From: Lepidodermella squamata
Lineage: Eukaryota; Animalia; Gastrotricha
Direction: 5' to 3'
Assembly (NCBI GenBank): GCA_047495785.1
Contig: JBLDXI010000024.1
Location: forward strand, 1,674,001-1,738,000
Length of the DNA stretch: 64,000 nt
The notes under the pieces are model-generated. The model searched no databases. It was given only the letters and a program-made list of their open reading frames with translations, and was not told the origin of the DNA. The position numbers were made by a program, and so were the translations under genes. Within the stretch, counting starts at the first letter, position 1; the number at the start of each line of letters is the position of its first letter. This document shows, one piece after another, positions 24,250 through 35,226 of this stretch.

Positions 24250-25623
24250 TTCAATTAAAAGCTGGAGATTCAAGCCGGAGACTTAAGTGTTTAGTTCAAG
24301 GTTCAACAAGATCCATCGGGAGCTATAGGTTTGAACGAGCACCATTTGGTATTTGTATAAGCTATTTTCGCAGTTATCGAGTCTGTAGGCGGCCAGATTA
24401 TAGTCATAACAATTGTTTCTATTTGCATGATGCAGTCTCACCCTAAGCAAACACTGCCCCAATATTTTCAAAAGAAAAACTCAATAGTGGAGTATTGACC
24501 ATAAATTTCGGTTTTCTACATAACTTATAGGCATTTAGTAAGGTTAACCAAGGTTTCCAGTTGCTAGTTGAGTAAATCTTCAGGGGAAATGAGGAGAAGA
24601 ACAGGAGTTTTGCTCCGAAATCTAGCTGCTTTCTTTGCCATAAGGCCTGGCAGAAGATTATAAGGCTCTTTCGTTATATTTCGGACGCCGAATCATGTGC
24701 AATCAGCAGTTATAAATAGCTTTTTTAGCTGGATCGACCACGTGACCAAAATTTCAATTATGTTTCCAGGTCAAATTGTCACTCCTGCTCGGTCCAGCGG
24801 TTCAGTTAAATTCGAGACTCAGCTCTCTCTATTCAAGCGAGCGGCGGGCTGTTTCATTGCGGAGAATGACCATCTTTTGTCTTGTTTTCACGCGTTCCAA
24901 TAAAACTATCATCAAAATACACGCGACATTCATATGCTACCCTCCCGCTACATCTGCCATTTTCAATATAAATTCTCTATTGTATCACAAAAATTATTTT
25001 TGCGAAACAAAATACAGAATAAAACTTCATACTTTAGATAAAAGCATCATGCTTTCGATTCCAAGCAGCCTTTTATTTTTCACCAGCAAAGGAGGAATTA
25101 TTAAGCAATCGAAGCATCGGACTATCGCACTGGCAATTGGCTCGATTTTTCTCTTCAGCACCCTAAGCGGACCGATTTATAGTCAATCGATGTCGAAAGG
25201 CCACAAGTCTTTTCACTGTCCGGTTCGTGAATCGATTATCGATTATTAGGCAATTTCAATTCTGTTTATTCTTTTCAAGAATTCACCAACTCACAGGCGA
25301 CAATGCGATACCGTGGCGTCCGGTTACACCTGGCGCGATTTTTGCGATAGGCCTTGAAATTCAACTGAACCTAACCCTTGATCAGCACCGTGATCGCCTG
25401 ACACTTCACTCGTTCGATTGTTGTTACTCTTATTTTTGAAGCTGCTATCGGCCGGAGCAAATTGAAACGATGATCTACTCTAAATGTCGATCCTGACATT
25501 CAATTTTTATTTTTATAAATGCGTAATAAACAGTCGTTGTTACAATTTAGTGCATGTAATATTCCATGGTGTGAATATCCAAAGTAAGAAATGTGAACAA
25601 ACAATGCAAGTGTGGCAGTGATT

Positions 25624-27095
25624 TTAGATGGTGCCTTCAATAATTGAGCTAATGAAGTGAGAGAACTTGCCGAGTCGCGTAAATATGCCCACGTTTTTTT
25701 GGCGGTCGGAATAGCGAGAAAAGATTCCCATCAATTCCCAACGCCCATTTTCCGCTTTTGTCCTGCATAGCAACGGGTTTCCTGTTTCGCCAACTTCGCG
25801 AAGACGGGAACTTGCAGCGCAGATCAAGTTTTGTGAGATGCCATCCTATATGGAAATAACATGTACCTTTCAAACGATAATTTCAATATCAAAAATAACC
25901 TCAGTTCTATAGCTATAGCCTCTGTTCGCCTTAGTGCATTCTTCGGGGCTCAATGTTTGAACACGAGTTTGCGATAATTCTTTTTCAAAATAATAACCGA
26001 ATCCAATTACGAAGCAAATTGAATTATTTTTAGGAATGCTGTTGACTTTAGCAGGCAAACAAACCGGTTGTATGATATCATTATATGAGAACCATGGAGG
26101 AAGAATTCGAATTACAGCTATATCATGAGCCGCGTCAACTCTGCCTTTCCGATATAAGTTGCGGTTGTAGCAAATGCGTTGAACTGGCTGCTTCGACGTT
26201 CTTTCGCTCAAATATTTTTCAAGGTGAATACCGGCCCATATTTCGTAATCCTCCGGATCTGCTGTTGATGAAGCGAAACAATTTGCTGCAGTTATGACAT
26301 GACGCCTAGAAACCAATGTTCCTCCGCAAACGTGGCTGCCATTGAACCGAACAGATACATACCATGGCCAAGAGTGAGGACGGGCGAAATATCCACCTAC
26401 TAACCTACCGTCGATTTTCATCGTTTCATCATATAGGTCGTAATCACGAGGTTTATCAGGTTGCCGTTTGACTCGGTTCACTCTGTTCAGCTGATAATCC
26501 ATTCCGTCGTATGGCTCAATTATAGGCTTGCCGCATGATTCCTCGAATTCATTAGACCAACTCGTTGCATTGCGGTATTTCGAAGAATTATTGGAGCAAT
26601 TTTCGTGAATCAACTCAGCTCGAAACGCCATTGGCCCAGCGGAGTTGGAAAATTGCGGAGTTTTAAATTCGACGAGTAATCCGGTATTGGGTGGTAGAAA
26701 AATCGGCGGTTCCGGTGTAGGAATAGAATCGCACGCTTTAAAGATAAGCTTATCTAGTCGATGAATTGGACCCTCGTAAACTCTTGCGTAAACTGACAAC
26801 CAGCCTCGCGAGCAACAGCCATTTTCTCCATCAATATCTAGGTCTGAAAATTGAGCAATAAAATAACTGAAGATTTTACTAAAAACTTTCAGTCCTTACT
26901 TAGTAATTTGAAGCTAACGCAAACATCGGATGAATTATCGACCTGGAAACTCCACGAGAAACGGCGAGAAGCTTGGTAAGATTCATTTCCAATCGGATAT
27001 TCAATCAGTACCCGCTTACCGATGTAGCTACCCAAGCTTGGCAACAAAAATTGGAGTACAATTATTGATAGACTGCAGATGAACGAATACCACAT
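25624..27095 (-). CDS. Secreted CUB-like domain plus trypsin-fold serine protease homologue (catalytically inactive)
   Basis: Three exons. Signal MWYSFICSLSIIVLQFLLPSLG; RVKR; RLVGGYFARPHSWPW; ITAANCF (His>Asn); HDIAVI; GETGNPLLC (GDSGGP lost). Confidence 0.8.
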
Positions 27096-27641
27096 CGTCT
27101 CATGAAATTCTCAGTGATGCATATGCAAAAGTCCAAAGATTTTGGAGCGCCGTATGTAGAAATCCATGCATCACCTGGGTTTTACTGTCAGCATAAGTAA
27201 TACGTAAGATGTCAGCTGGAAATTCTGGAATTTGCTTTGCAGTGCTGTAGTAAAAAGTAAAAGTGTGGCGAATGGAGACTCGGCAGGCTGGCTCCAACAA
27301 TTCATATATTACGGATACAGCATTGTTTTCTATTTCATTGTCTTCTCATTGGGATCGATAACATAGTAATTCGAACATCGAACGAAGCGGGCTCGACTGA
27401 AGTTGGATATGGCCAATGAGCGACTATAGAAACTTTTATCAGGTCATCGCCAACGAAAGATAACAGTGGAAAAATAAAATTGATTGATATTGAGTGAATA
27501 TTTCATCCAAAAATCAGTCTATAATTTAATACCTTGGTCGGAATAAAATAACGTCCATTAATTCTAATAAAATTCTTTCAAAAATTCAAAAATTAATTAA
27601 ATTAATTAAAAAAAATTAAAAAAAAATGAAGGAGCTCTTAA

Positions 27642-28598
27642 AGGTGGATTCACTAATGTGCGAATTTTCGGATACGAATATTTCGCATACGACCGTCGCA
27701 CTGTCGGGTGCGAAAATCGCATCGTTGTTCATATTCTATCCGACGTTGTCGCGTGTCGTACCGTCGCATCACCGTTTCGTACGACAGTCGCGCCGAGTGT
27801 TCATAAACGCTAGTCAGAGAACAATGTGCGCGTGCGACAAGATTCGACTAGGGCGCGCGCACTGAAACAATGGATTTTGTCGCATGGACCTGGCCTGTCG
27901 CATCGCACGCGCGATTTTGGTGGAATTTCGCGTGTGCGACACGACAGCTTAGAATCGTCCGACAGCAGATAAAACAACGTCCTAGTTCGGTCCACTTCAA
28001 GCGCGCAATCGAAGTATAACAGTGGACAGTGGACTTGTGCGCGAAACCTGGAGGAATAGACAACGCACTATATAAGCACTCTATAAGGCGCGAAACACCA
28101 CATCAAAATTTTTAACAAAACGGTGGCCGCGCGCACTAATGTCAAAAGGCTAATTTCGAAAACAATAGCGGCTTTTATACCAAATTAAAACTGAAACAAT
28201 TCTCTATCAAATGACCACGAATTTCATCCTTAATAAATTTAAATAAAAAAGTTGTTAGCGCCCTCAATAGTCCGCGAGGTGGTGCCGTGCTAGGTGAAAA
28301 TAATTAAATTATCAAATTTCGATGAAAATACGCGGAAATAGGGTAACTGATGTCGAAAATAACGATTTTTCTGGTTAAAAACTTAGTTGGACAAGTTTTT
28401 TGCAAATTTGGTTTCCTTTCATATAAAAATTAGCCGCGCGCGACACTGTCTCATCGCCCGCGCGTGTCATTGTTTTGTGCGCATACGACTGTGACTATCC
28501 CTCGGCTGTCGTCCGCGGATTTGATGCGACAGAGCTGCGACTGTCGCATGCGACGGTACGACACGTGTCGTACCTGTCGCACATTAGTGAATCCACCT
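27642..28598. mobile_element. Non-autonomous PIF/Harbinger-type MITE (Tourist-like)
   Basis: 22-bp TIR aggtggattcactaatgtgcga; TAA target-site duplication on both sides; many subterminal tgtcgca/tgcgac motifs. Confidence 0.85.
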
Positions 28599-29656
28599 TA
28601 AGGCATGATTTTCCGGAATCACAGGTTATTAATTTCAAGTAAAAGTAATAACTATTTTTATCGCTTTTTATCGTTGATTTGTTGGGGCCTGTTGGGGCCT
28701 GAGTCCGAATTTGTCCGAATTTTGTGAGACGAATTCGGGCGGGTAACGGTGATTTACCACTCCGCAGTCGTGCCGCTCTAAAACGTGCTCGCATCCGTCG
28801 TTCAATGCAAGTTCAAAAAATAATAACGGATCTCGTATCGTTGCCATTTGACCGCCAGGATTGGGGCGCTGGATTTACAAATCGGGTAGGGTGTTGGTTG
28901 TAAGACGGTCGAAGTCCGGCGGCCCAAGCCCGACAGCCCGAGTGCGGTGCGCTTTGCGAAAAATTCATTGCTTAAAATTTGAGTATTTATAAATCTGCTT
29001 ACGTCGACTTTCTCTCTCTTTTCAGCTTTTATTCAGTTTGAATCAGCATTTATTAGGCAATTCAAATTTTTGTTTATTAGGTACCATTTTTTCTCCTTTA
29101 AAATCAACAGAGATAAAGGGAGATCAGTCGATAAATATGTAAGCGATAAGCCGCCCAATATCACAAATGCGGCGATAAGGGCGCCGCCGCTAGGGCGGCA
29201 AAAGACAAATACGCGCAATGTCCTTATAGAGTGCCAAATCGAGACAAAAAGGCGCCGCTTATCGGGTCTCATTTTCACTCAACTTTGAACTGATGTCGTA
29301 ATCCGAACAATGAAAGAAGAGGAGCCGGTTATCTAGGACAAAGGGTCTGCGTCATCTAATATCTAAGTAATAGGTGTTTTTGGAAGATAACGGGCTAAGA
29401 TATACGTGATAACAACATTACGTAAACAAACAAAAGTTTCTTGAGAAGCTACTTTGCAAAATGATAAGAAACCAGCATGTTGCGCAATCAAGGGTTAATA
29501 TAACCACCCTCAATTCTGCCCCAACGTATAACCTATAATCTCCAAATTCCGGGCACTCTAGGCCATTTTCAGAGCATTTTAGGTCTGCCCCTCCTAGATA
29601 GACACCTTTTATGACCAAATTAATTTTGTTTTATGCGCTTATAGAACTTATTCATT

Positions 29657-30759
29657 ATGGGTGGAACATACTCTCACGAAACTTTGTATTCAAGCAACAC
29701 GGACAAAAATGGAGACAGCTATTATGCCACTTTTGACACTGGAGTGTTCGCCCAAGGATCATTCCGCTACGCTTTTAAAGGAAATTTCAAAGGTCGTGGT
29801 GGGACTTACAAAGGACCATGTGTAGTAAAGGCTTTCAAGAAGAATTCTCCAAAGGTTTTCGACGCCTGGGTTCCTGACTTGAAGGTAGCGGAAAAAGCCT
29901 TGAAGTTTGCTAAGCATTTCAATGAAACCGCTTTGCCCAGGTTGAATTGTGAGCCAAAGCGTTCTATTGACGTGATGATACCTTTAATTTGTAAAATGGA
30001 GGCGTGGCTTGGTGGATTTTACTTCCTATGGGCATTTGGTGGCGATGATACCTATGTTAAGATCGGAGAATACGTTGCTGTAGAGCCGTTTCTTGAAGGT
30101 GAATACCTAAAATTCAACAGCAATGGCGGCTATGAAGTTTCGGGAAACGTTTCCAAGTTGATGCCAGCATTCACCCATTGGACGTTCGAGCAAAGCCAAC
30201 ACACTTTCATGATTAACGATCTTCAAGGTAAGCTCAACATAATTTTTATTTTTATTTTTATAAAGAGATATATATATATATATATACCGTTTTATTGATT
30301 TTCGACCCAACCAATGCTCTTAAATTTTTCTGCACTTTTCTTCACTGAAGTAAGGGACTTTCGCCATACCAATTTCGTATTCTTTCGTATTTTTTCGTAT
30401 TTTTCGTATTCGGTCATTTCGTGGATTATAGTAGACTAATATAATTTAATCTATCGCATTCAGGTGTGAAAGCCGATGACAAGTATTTGCTAACCGACCC
30501 GATGGTTCACTCGGTTGAACGTTTATATCGGCGATGCGAAGCAGATCTTGGCATCGTAGGCATGGAAATGGTGATGAAGGCGCATCGTTGCAACGTGATA
30601 TGTGAACAACTCGGCTTGCCAAAACATAATTTACCATATCAGCCTGGCAAGAAGAGGACAAGCTACAATTTCGACTTGACGTTCGAAGAGCAAGAACGTA
30701 ACCGATTACAACGGTCACCTTACTTCAGAGTTGGACAAATGCCGGCGATTTTTGAATGA
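29657..30759 (+). CDS. Alpha-type protein kinase (eEF2K/MHCK family), single domain
   Basis: Exons 29657-30227 and 30464-30759. FAQGSFRYAFKG, VVKAFK, VEPFLEGEYLKFNSNGG, AFTHWTF, DLQG|V, LTDP, DLG..G, HRCNVIC zinc site. Confidence 0.9.
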
Positions 30760-32228
30760 ACCAAAATATACCTACGACACATTGCATGCATTTATAGTAT
30801 AAAAGAATCGTTTTTCTCCGTCATTTGGAAAAAACTTCGATATTATTCATTTCTGATTCGTATCATCTACTTCTCAGTACACATACTCATGATCTAAAAT
30901 TTAGGTATTGTTCTCAACTTTCATTTTTACCAACGATTGCCCGATAATATTTCGCTTGTCTAATTCCTCCAATTGTGAAAAAATCAAATGATGCTCAAAA
31001 GGAAAAAGTGCTTGCAATCAAAGACATGACCTAGGGGCCTTTGTATATGTAGCTTTGTATTATGTTGTACCTATGCTTTACGTTTATTATTCATATTAAA
31101 TTTTCCTTAAATAAATCTTTTTGCGAAAATGGATATAATTAATATAATCATATTTTTTTATTGGAAAACGCGTGAAAACGACGCAAATGTAGATGGCCGC
31201 ATTCTCCAGAAAAAACAATGCGGCCTTCCTGAAAATGGAGCCGAGCCTGGAGTTTAACCGATAAGAGATAAGAGAATAAATTCATTTTGAATTTCAATTG
31301 AAATTTTGCCGCGTGATCATCGATCGAGCTGACAAGCTCGTGTGGGTGCTTCCCATTTGCCCGCAGCCAATTCGCCCGGACTCCCCGGGGTCTAGCCTAC
31401 CGCCACTTGAAACGCTCGAGCCTCCGGGAATAATGATATCACCCATACATCGCCCAGGGTGAAAAGCGTGGGTCGTTCGCAACTCGATAGGCAATCCTTC
31501 GAAAAACAATTCAAATAAATCCGAGTCCGACGATATCGATCACCTGCTGGACATTTTTGCCGCTGCCAAAGATGAAAATGAGAATAACGACCCGAATATT
31601 GCGAAATTTAGCCTCCTAGATGGGACATTCAAAACTGCTCAAGGGGATGATTATTTCTGAAATCAACCTGTGAATCTTGAAAGGTCTAAGACCATGCTAC
31701 TCTACAAGATCGGAGTGTAAAAAAAATGCGAATAATTTCGGAGCAGGCGTGGTGATTAGTGACCTTTAACCTTTCAGTATTGTCATGTCTTGTCTTAGGG
31801 CCGATAAATAAAGAACGGGTCCACGCGGACACAATTTTCACGTGAATTGAACTGTAATCGTCACGCCGCCGATTTTTAATGCTGGATTTATAAACGACTT
31901 CGGACGGCCATCCGAAGTTCGGACGGCCGAAGTTGCGTAATACGCTCCGAAGTTGGGCGCGCGCACGTCCGAAGAACGAGATCGTCATTTATAAACGCGC
32001 ACAACTTCGGACGACGCGAGCGACGCGAGAACAATAGGGCGCGCCGAAGTATCCGAAGTGCGAGAACAATAGACTTCGGACCGCCGTGCTTCGGACAGGC
32101 CGTACGAAGCGTCCGAATCCGAAGAGCCGAAGTTACACGCAATACAAAGCCAGTCACTCATTTTAATTACCGCAATATACGTTTTAATTATCGCAAACAA
32201 AATAAACAAAAAGCGCCTTAAAACATGT

Positions 32229-33346
32229 TTATTTCAGCTTGTGCCTAATAACATCAAGAATATCGAAGGTTAGCAAAGAAATTTCAGAGGGAGAAAGAGT
32301 CGAATGTTCAATCACAGATAAAACAGTTGAAAAATGTTCGTTGATAATGCGGCGCCGTTCACTAACGGCCGGCTGTTCAGTCGCGACAAGAGTCTGCATA
32401 ATGGCCGCGATGTTGGGATCGACGCCGTTGTCGCTGTTGCTGCCCGCCTTCCGCTTCCTCGAACCGGCCGGTGTCGGAGTTGAAGCGGCCGAAGCGGGTG
32501 TTGAGCCGGAAGTTGATACTTGAGTTGCTTGACTTTCGAGGAAGGGTAGATCGTCATCGGGCGCGGGTGTGCTTGCACCGGAACTCGGCACGGACGCAGC
32601 CGAATCAGGCCTTGCACGCGGATCACCGGGTAAGTTCGACTTGGTGCTGTAAAAAAATAAGAAAAAAAATTAGAAAAAAATTATTAAAACAAAATTATCA
32701 AAATTATCAAATTAACACACCTTGTTTTGTAAATGATTGTGTCAGCCAAGAAGGTCATTGCCAAGTAATACGGAAACCCGCCCGACTTCGATTCGTCGGG
32801 GTTGGCGGCGGAACCGCTGGCCGTGCGCGTCTTGTGAGCTTTCGAGAACCGGTCGCGTAGATCGTTGCAAATGTCGCAGACGTCTTTGGCGGTGTACGGT
32901 CGCGACGGCTCCTTCGAAGTGGCCGGCATCCAGGGCAGACGAACAGCCAGCTCATTCCACAGCTTCGACCTGTGAACGCTGTCCTTGTAGAGAGCGTCCT
33001 TCGTGTTCCAGAGCGGCGGGTGGTATTTAACGAAATTGATGATGTCGATATTGACGGCGTGCTTGTGTTCGGGTAGACTCAGCACCGGCGACGAAATAGT
33101 CGAATGGCTGGCCTCGGCTTGCTTGGCAGGGTGGTACGACAGCGACTGGCTCGACTGTGGATAAGACGGCTGGCTCGGCTGTGAGTAGGGCGGCTGACTG
33201 CTCGAAATTTGCGAAAAAACCGGCTGGGTGTTCGGAATCGGCGAATAAACAGGCTGGCTGTCATCGAACTGACCCGAGACTTGCTCCGCTTGGCTTGAGC
33301 TTTTGCCGTTTTGCTGCGGTGCTGTTGACGGGAAACACTGCTCCAT
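32229..33346 (-). CDS. Harbinger ORF1 MADF/Myb-SANT DNA-binding protein
   Basis: Exons 33346-32721 and 32646-32229. IINFVKYHPPLWNTKDALYKD..R.KLWNELA..LRDRF (MADF); basic RKRK; C-terminal BESS-like helix. Confidence 0.8.
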
Positions 33347-34206
33347 TACGAAGCCGGCCCACTCTGGCAGCGAGTACTATAACTATAAGGTAAAAATAAT
33401 ATTTTTGGAATTCTTTAAAAATTTAAAAAAAATTGGAATTTTGAAATTTTCCAAAAATATGATTATATGAAAAAATTTGAAAAAAAATTATTTACTCACA
33501 TTTTTTATTTCCGTTTTTTATATTTTTATAGGGAACTTACTCGATCGTCCTAATGGCCATCGTTGACGCTAAATATCGCTTCACCTTAGTCGACGTTGGT
33601 GCCCCTGGTCGATTCAGCGACGGCGGCGTGTTTCAGCAAAGCGGCCTTTTCGACTACTGCAATAAAACAATACCTACCGAGGTGTATAATCTGCCCCAAA
33701 TCGAGCCGCATCACCGGCCGCTAAAGGCGAATCATTTTCTCGTCGGCGACGCGGCCTTCGGGCTGAATTGGAACTTGATGTCGCCGTTCCCCGGCCAAAC
33801 CACCGGTAATTTGTCGGCTGTCAAAGAAACGTTCAACTATCGGCTTTCAAGAGCGCGCCGAGTTGTAGAAAATGCTTTTGGTCTCGCCGCCGCCCGCTTC
33901 CGACTTCTACGCAAGCTCATGGAGCTTTCGCCGGAAATGGCTCAAGAAGCAGTCCTTGCGATAACAGTGCTGCATAATTTTGCGATGGCCGAAGTTTCCT
34001 CGTACGCGATCTCTGAACGTGAGGCCTGGGCTACCTACGAAGAAATGGCCCGCGAAAATGCCATCGGCAACTTTCAACCGGCTTGCCAGCGTACCCGGAA
34101 AGAATTGCAGGCCGGCGAAAAACTGCGCGGCAATCTCGCCTCGTTTTTCCTCACCGAAAAGGGCGCTGTGCCGTGGCAGGCAGAAATGCTAAACCAAAAA
34201 TTCTAA
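33300..34206 (+). pseudogene. Harbinger DDE transposase (HARBI1-like), N-terminus deleted
   Basis: Exon to 33389 (CCGAVDGKHCSITKPAHSGSEYYNYK), intron, exon from 33532 (GTYSIVLMAIVDAKYRF..SDGGVF..VGDAAF..FNYRLSRARRVVENAFG). In-frame stop just upstream at about 33270. Confidence 0.85.
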
Positions 34207-35226
34207 TAAACTTGTTCGAATGTTTTTTTTCATGAAATTTACATGCTTATGATCGTCTTGATGCGATGAGGTAGCTGGTTTCACAATAAATAAGAAATTT
34301 TATCTCCCGCGTTTTTTTAATGCCGACCCTGAAGAAAAATGTTAAAAATGTTGTAGTCACACACCTGGCTCGCGCCGCACGAAGCGCTATTGTTTTCAGC
34401 CGCGCACTTCGGACAACTTCGGAGAGAGAACAATAGAAACATCGGACGAAATTCGCCGCACTTCGGAGCTGATAAGACGTCCGAAGTTACGCACATGGGC
34501 TCCGAAGTTCGGATACGCCCGTCCGAACCGAAGCGCCGTCCGAAGTGTTTATAAATCCAGCATAAGAAGACACGTGATGATGAAGTCGCAACTATATTTA
34601 TCGCCGATCATCACAATTTAGTGGTCAAAACCTCGAAACATCAACAATTTTATAACTTATTCGCACCATGACATCGACATCGCGATTTTACTTGCGTGAG
34701 ATGTACTCGAAATTACGGCCAACTAGCAGCAAGCCGAGGAAAATCGCGTTAGTTGTCGCTTGTTCCATTATGGCAGCTGCAGTGATGGCTGAGGCATTTC
34801 AAAACCGGCCAATTCTAACTAGCCGTCGTGGCTCGTTCCACCAGGTAAGCCACTGTTGTTTATTTTTCAAAAATTATTTAGAAAAAAATATTTGATGCAG
34901 AATTCGTTCGGCCGCCAGAAAAGACCAGCAATCTCAAACTGCTCCATAGCGTGAAAAAATGGCTATTACGATTCGTTACCTCGCAAACCATTCAATCTAT
35001 CGATCAATTTTTGAACTTTTTCAATGTAAAAATTGTATCTGTTTTAATAAAATTGATTGTTGGGAAGGCACCGAAATTCAACACCGTAAAAAAATTGTCT
35101 AAAACCTCGGATTTTATTTCCAATTTCAAGAATAATAATTGTTGCACATGTCACAGATTCGATGATATTATAAAAGCATTTCAATTACAAAAAAGCGTTC
35201 GATTATTGAAGCAGCCATCAGCAGGT

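Larger units (their letters stand above)
31880..34562. mobile_element. PIF/Harbinger DNA transposon, internally deleted
   Basis: TIR tgctggatttataaac(g)acttcggacggc; TAA target-site duplication (31877-31879 and 34563-34565); subterminal cttcgga/tccgaag arrays; carries MADF and DDE genes. Confidence 0.92.

Noticed and set aside
24697-25439. Overlapping short ORFs between the protease homologues
   Set aside because: Non-ATG starts and no domain features; probably intergenic or repeat sequence.
31290-31700. GC-richer, coding-like stretch after the alpha-kinase
   Set aside because: No continuous frame, splice signals or recognisable motif.
31880-32140. CRISPR-like array of short cttcgga/tccgaag repeats
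   Set aside because: These are irregularly spaced Harbinger subterminal repeats in a eukaryotic context, with no spacer structure.
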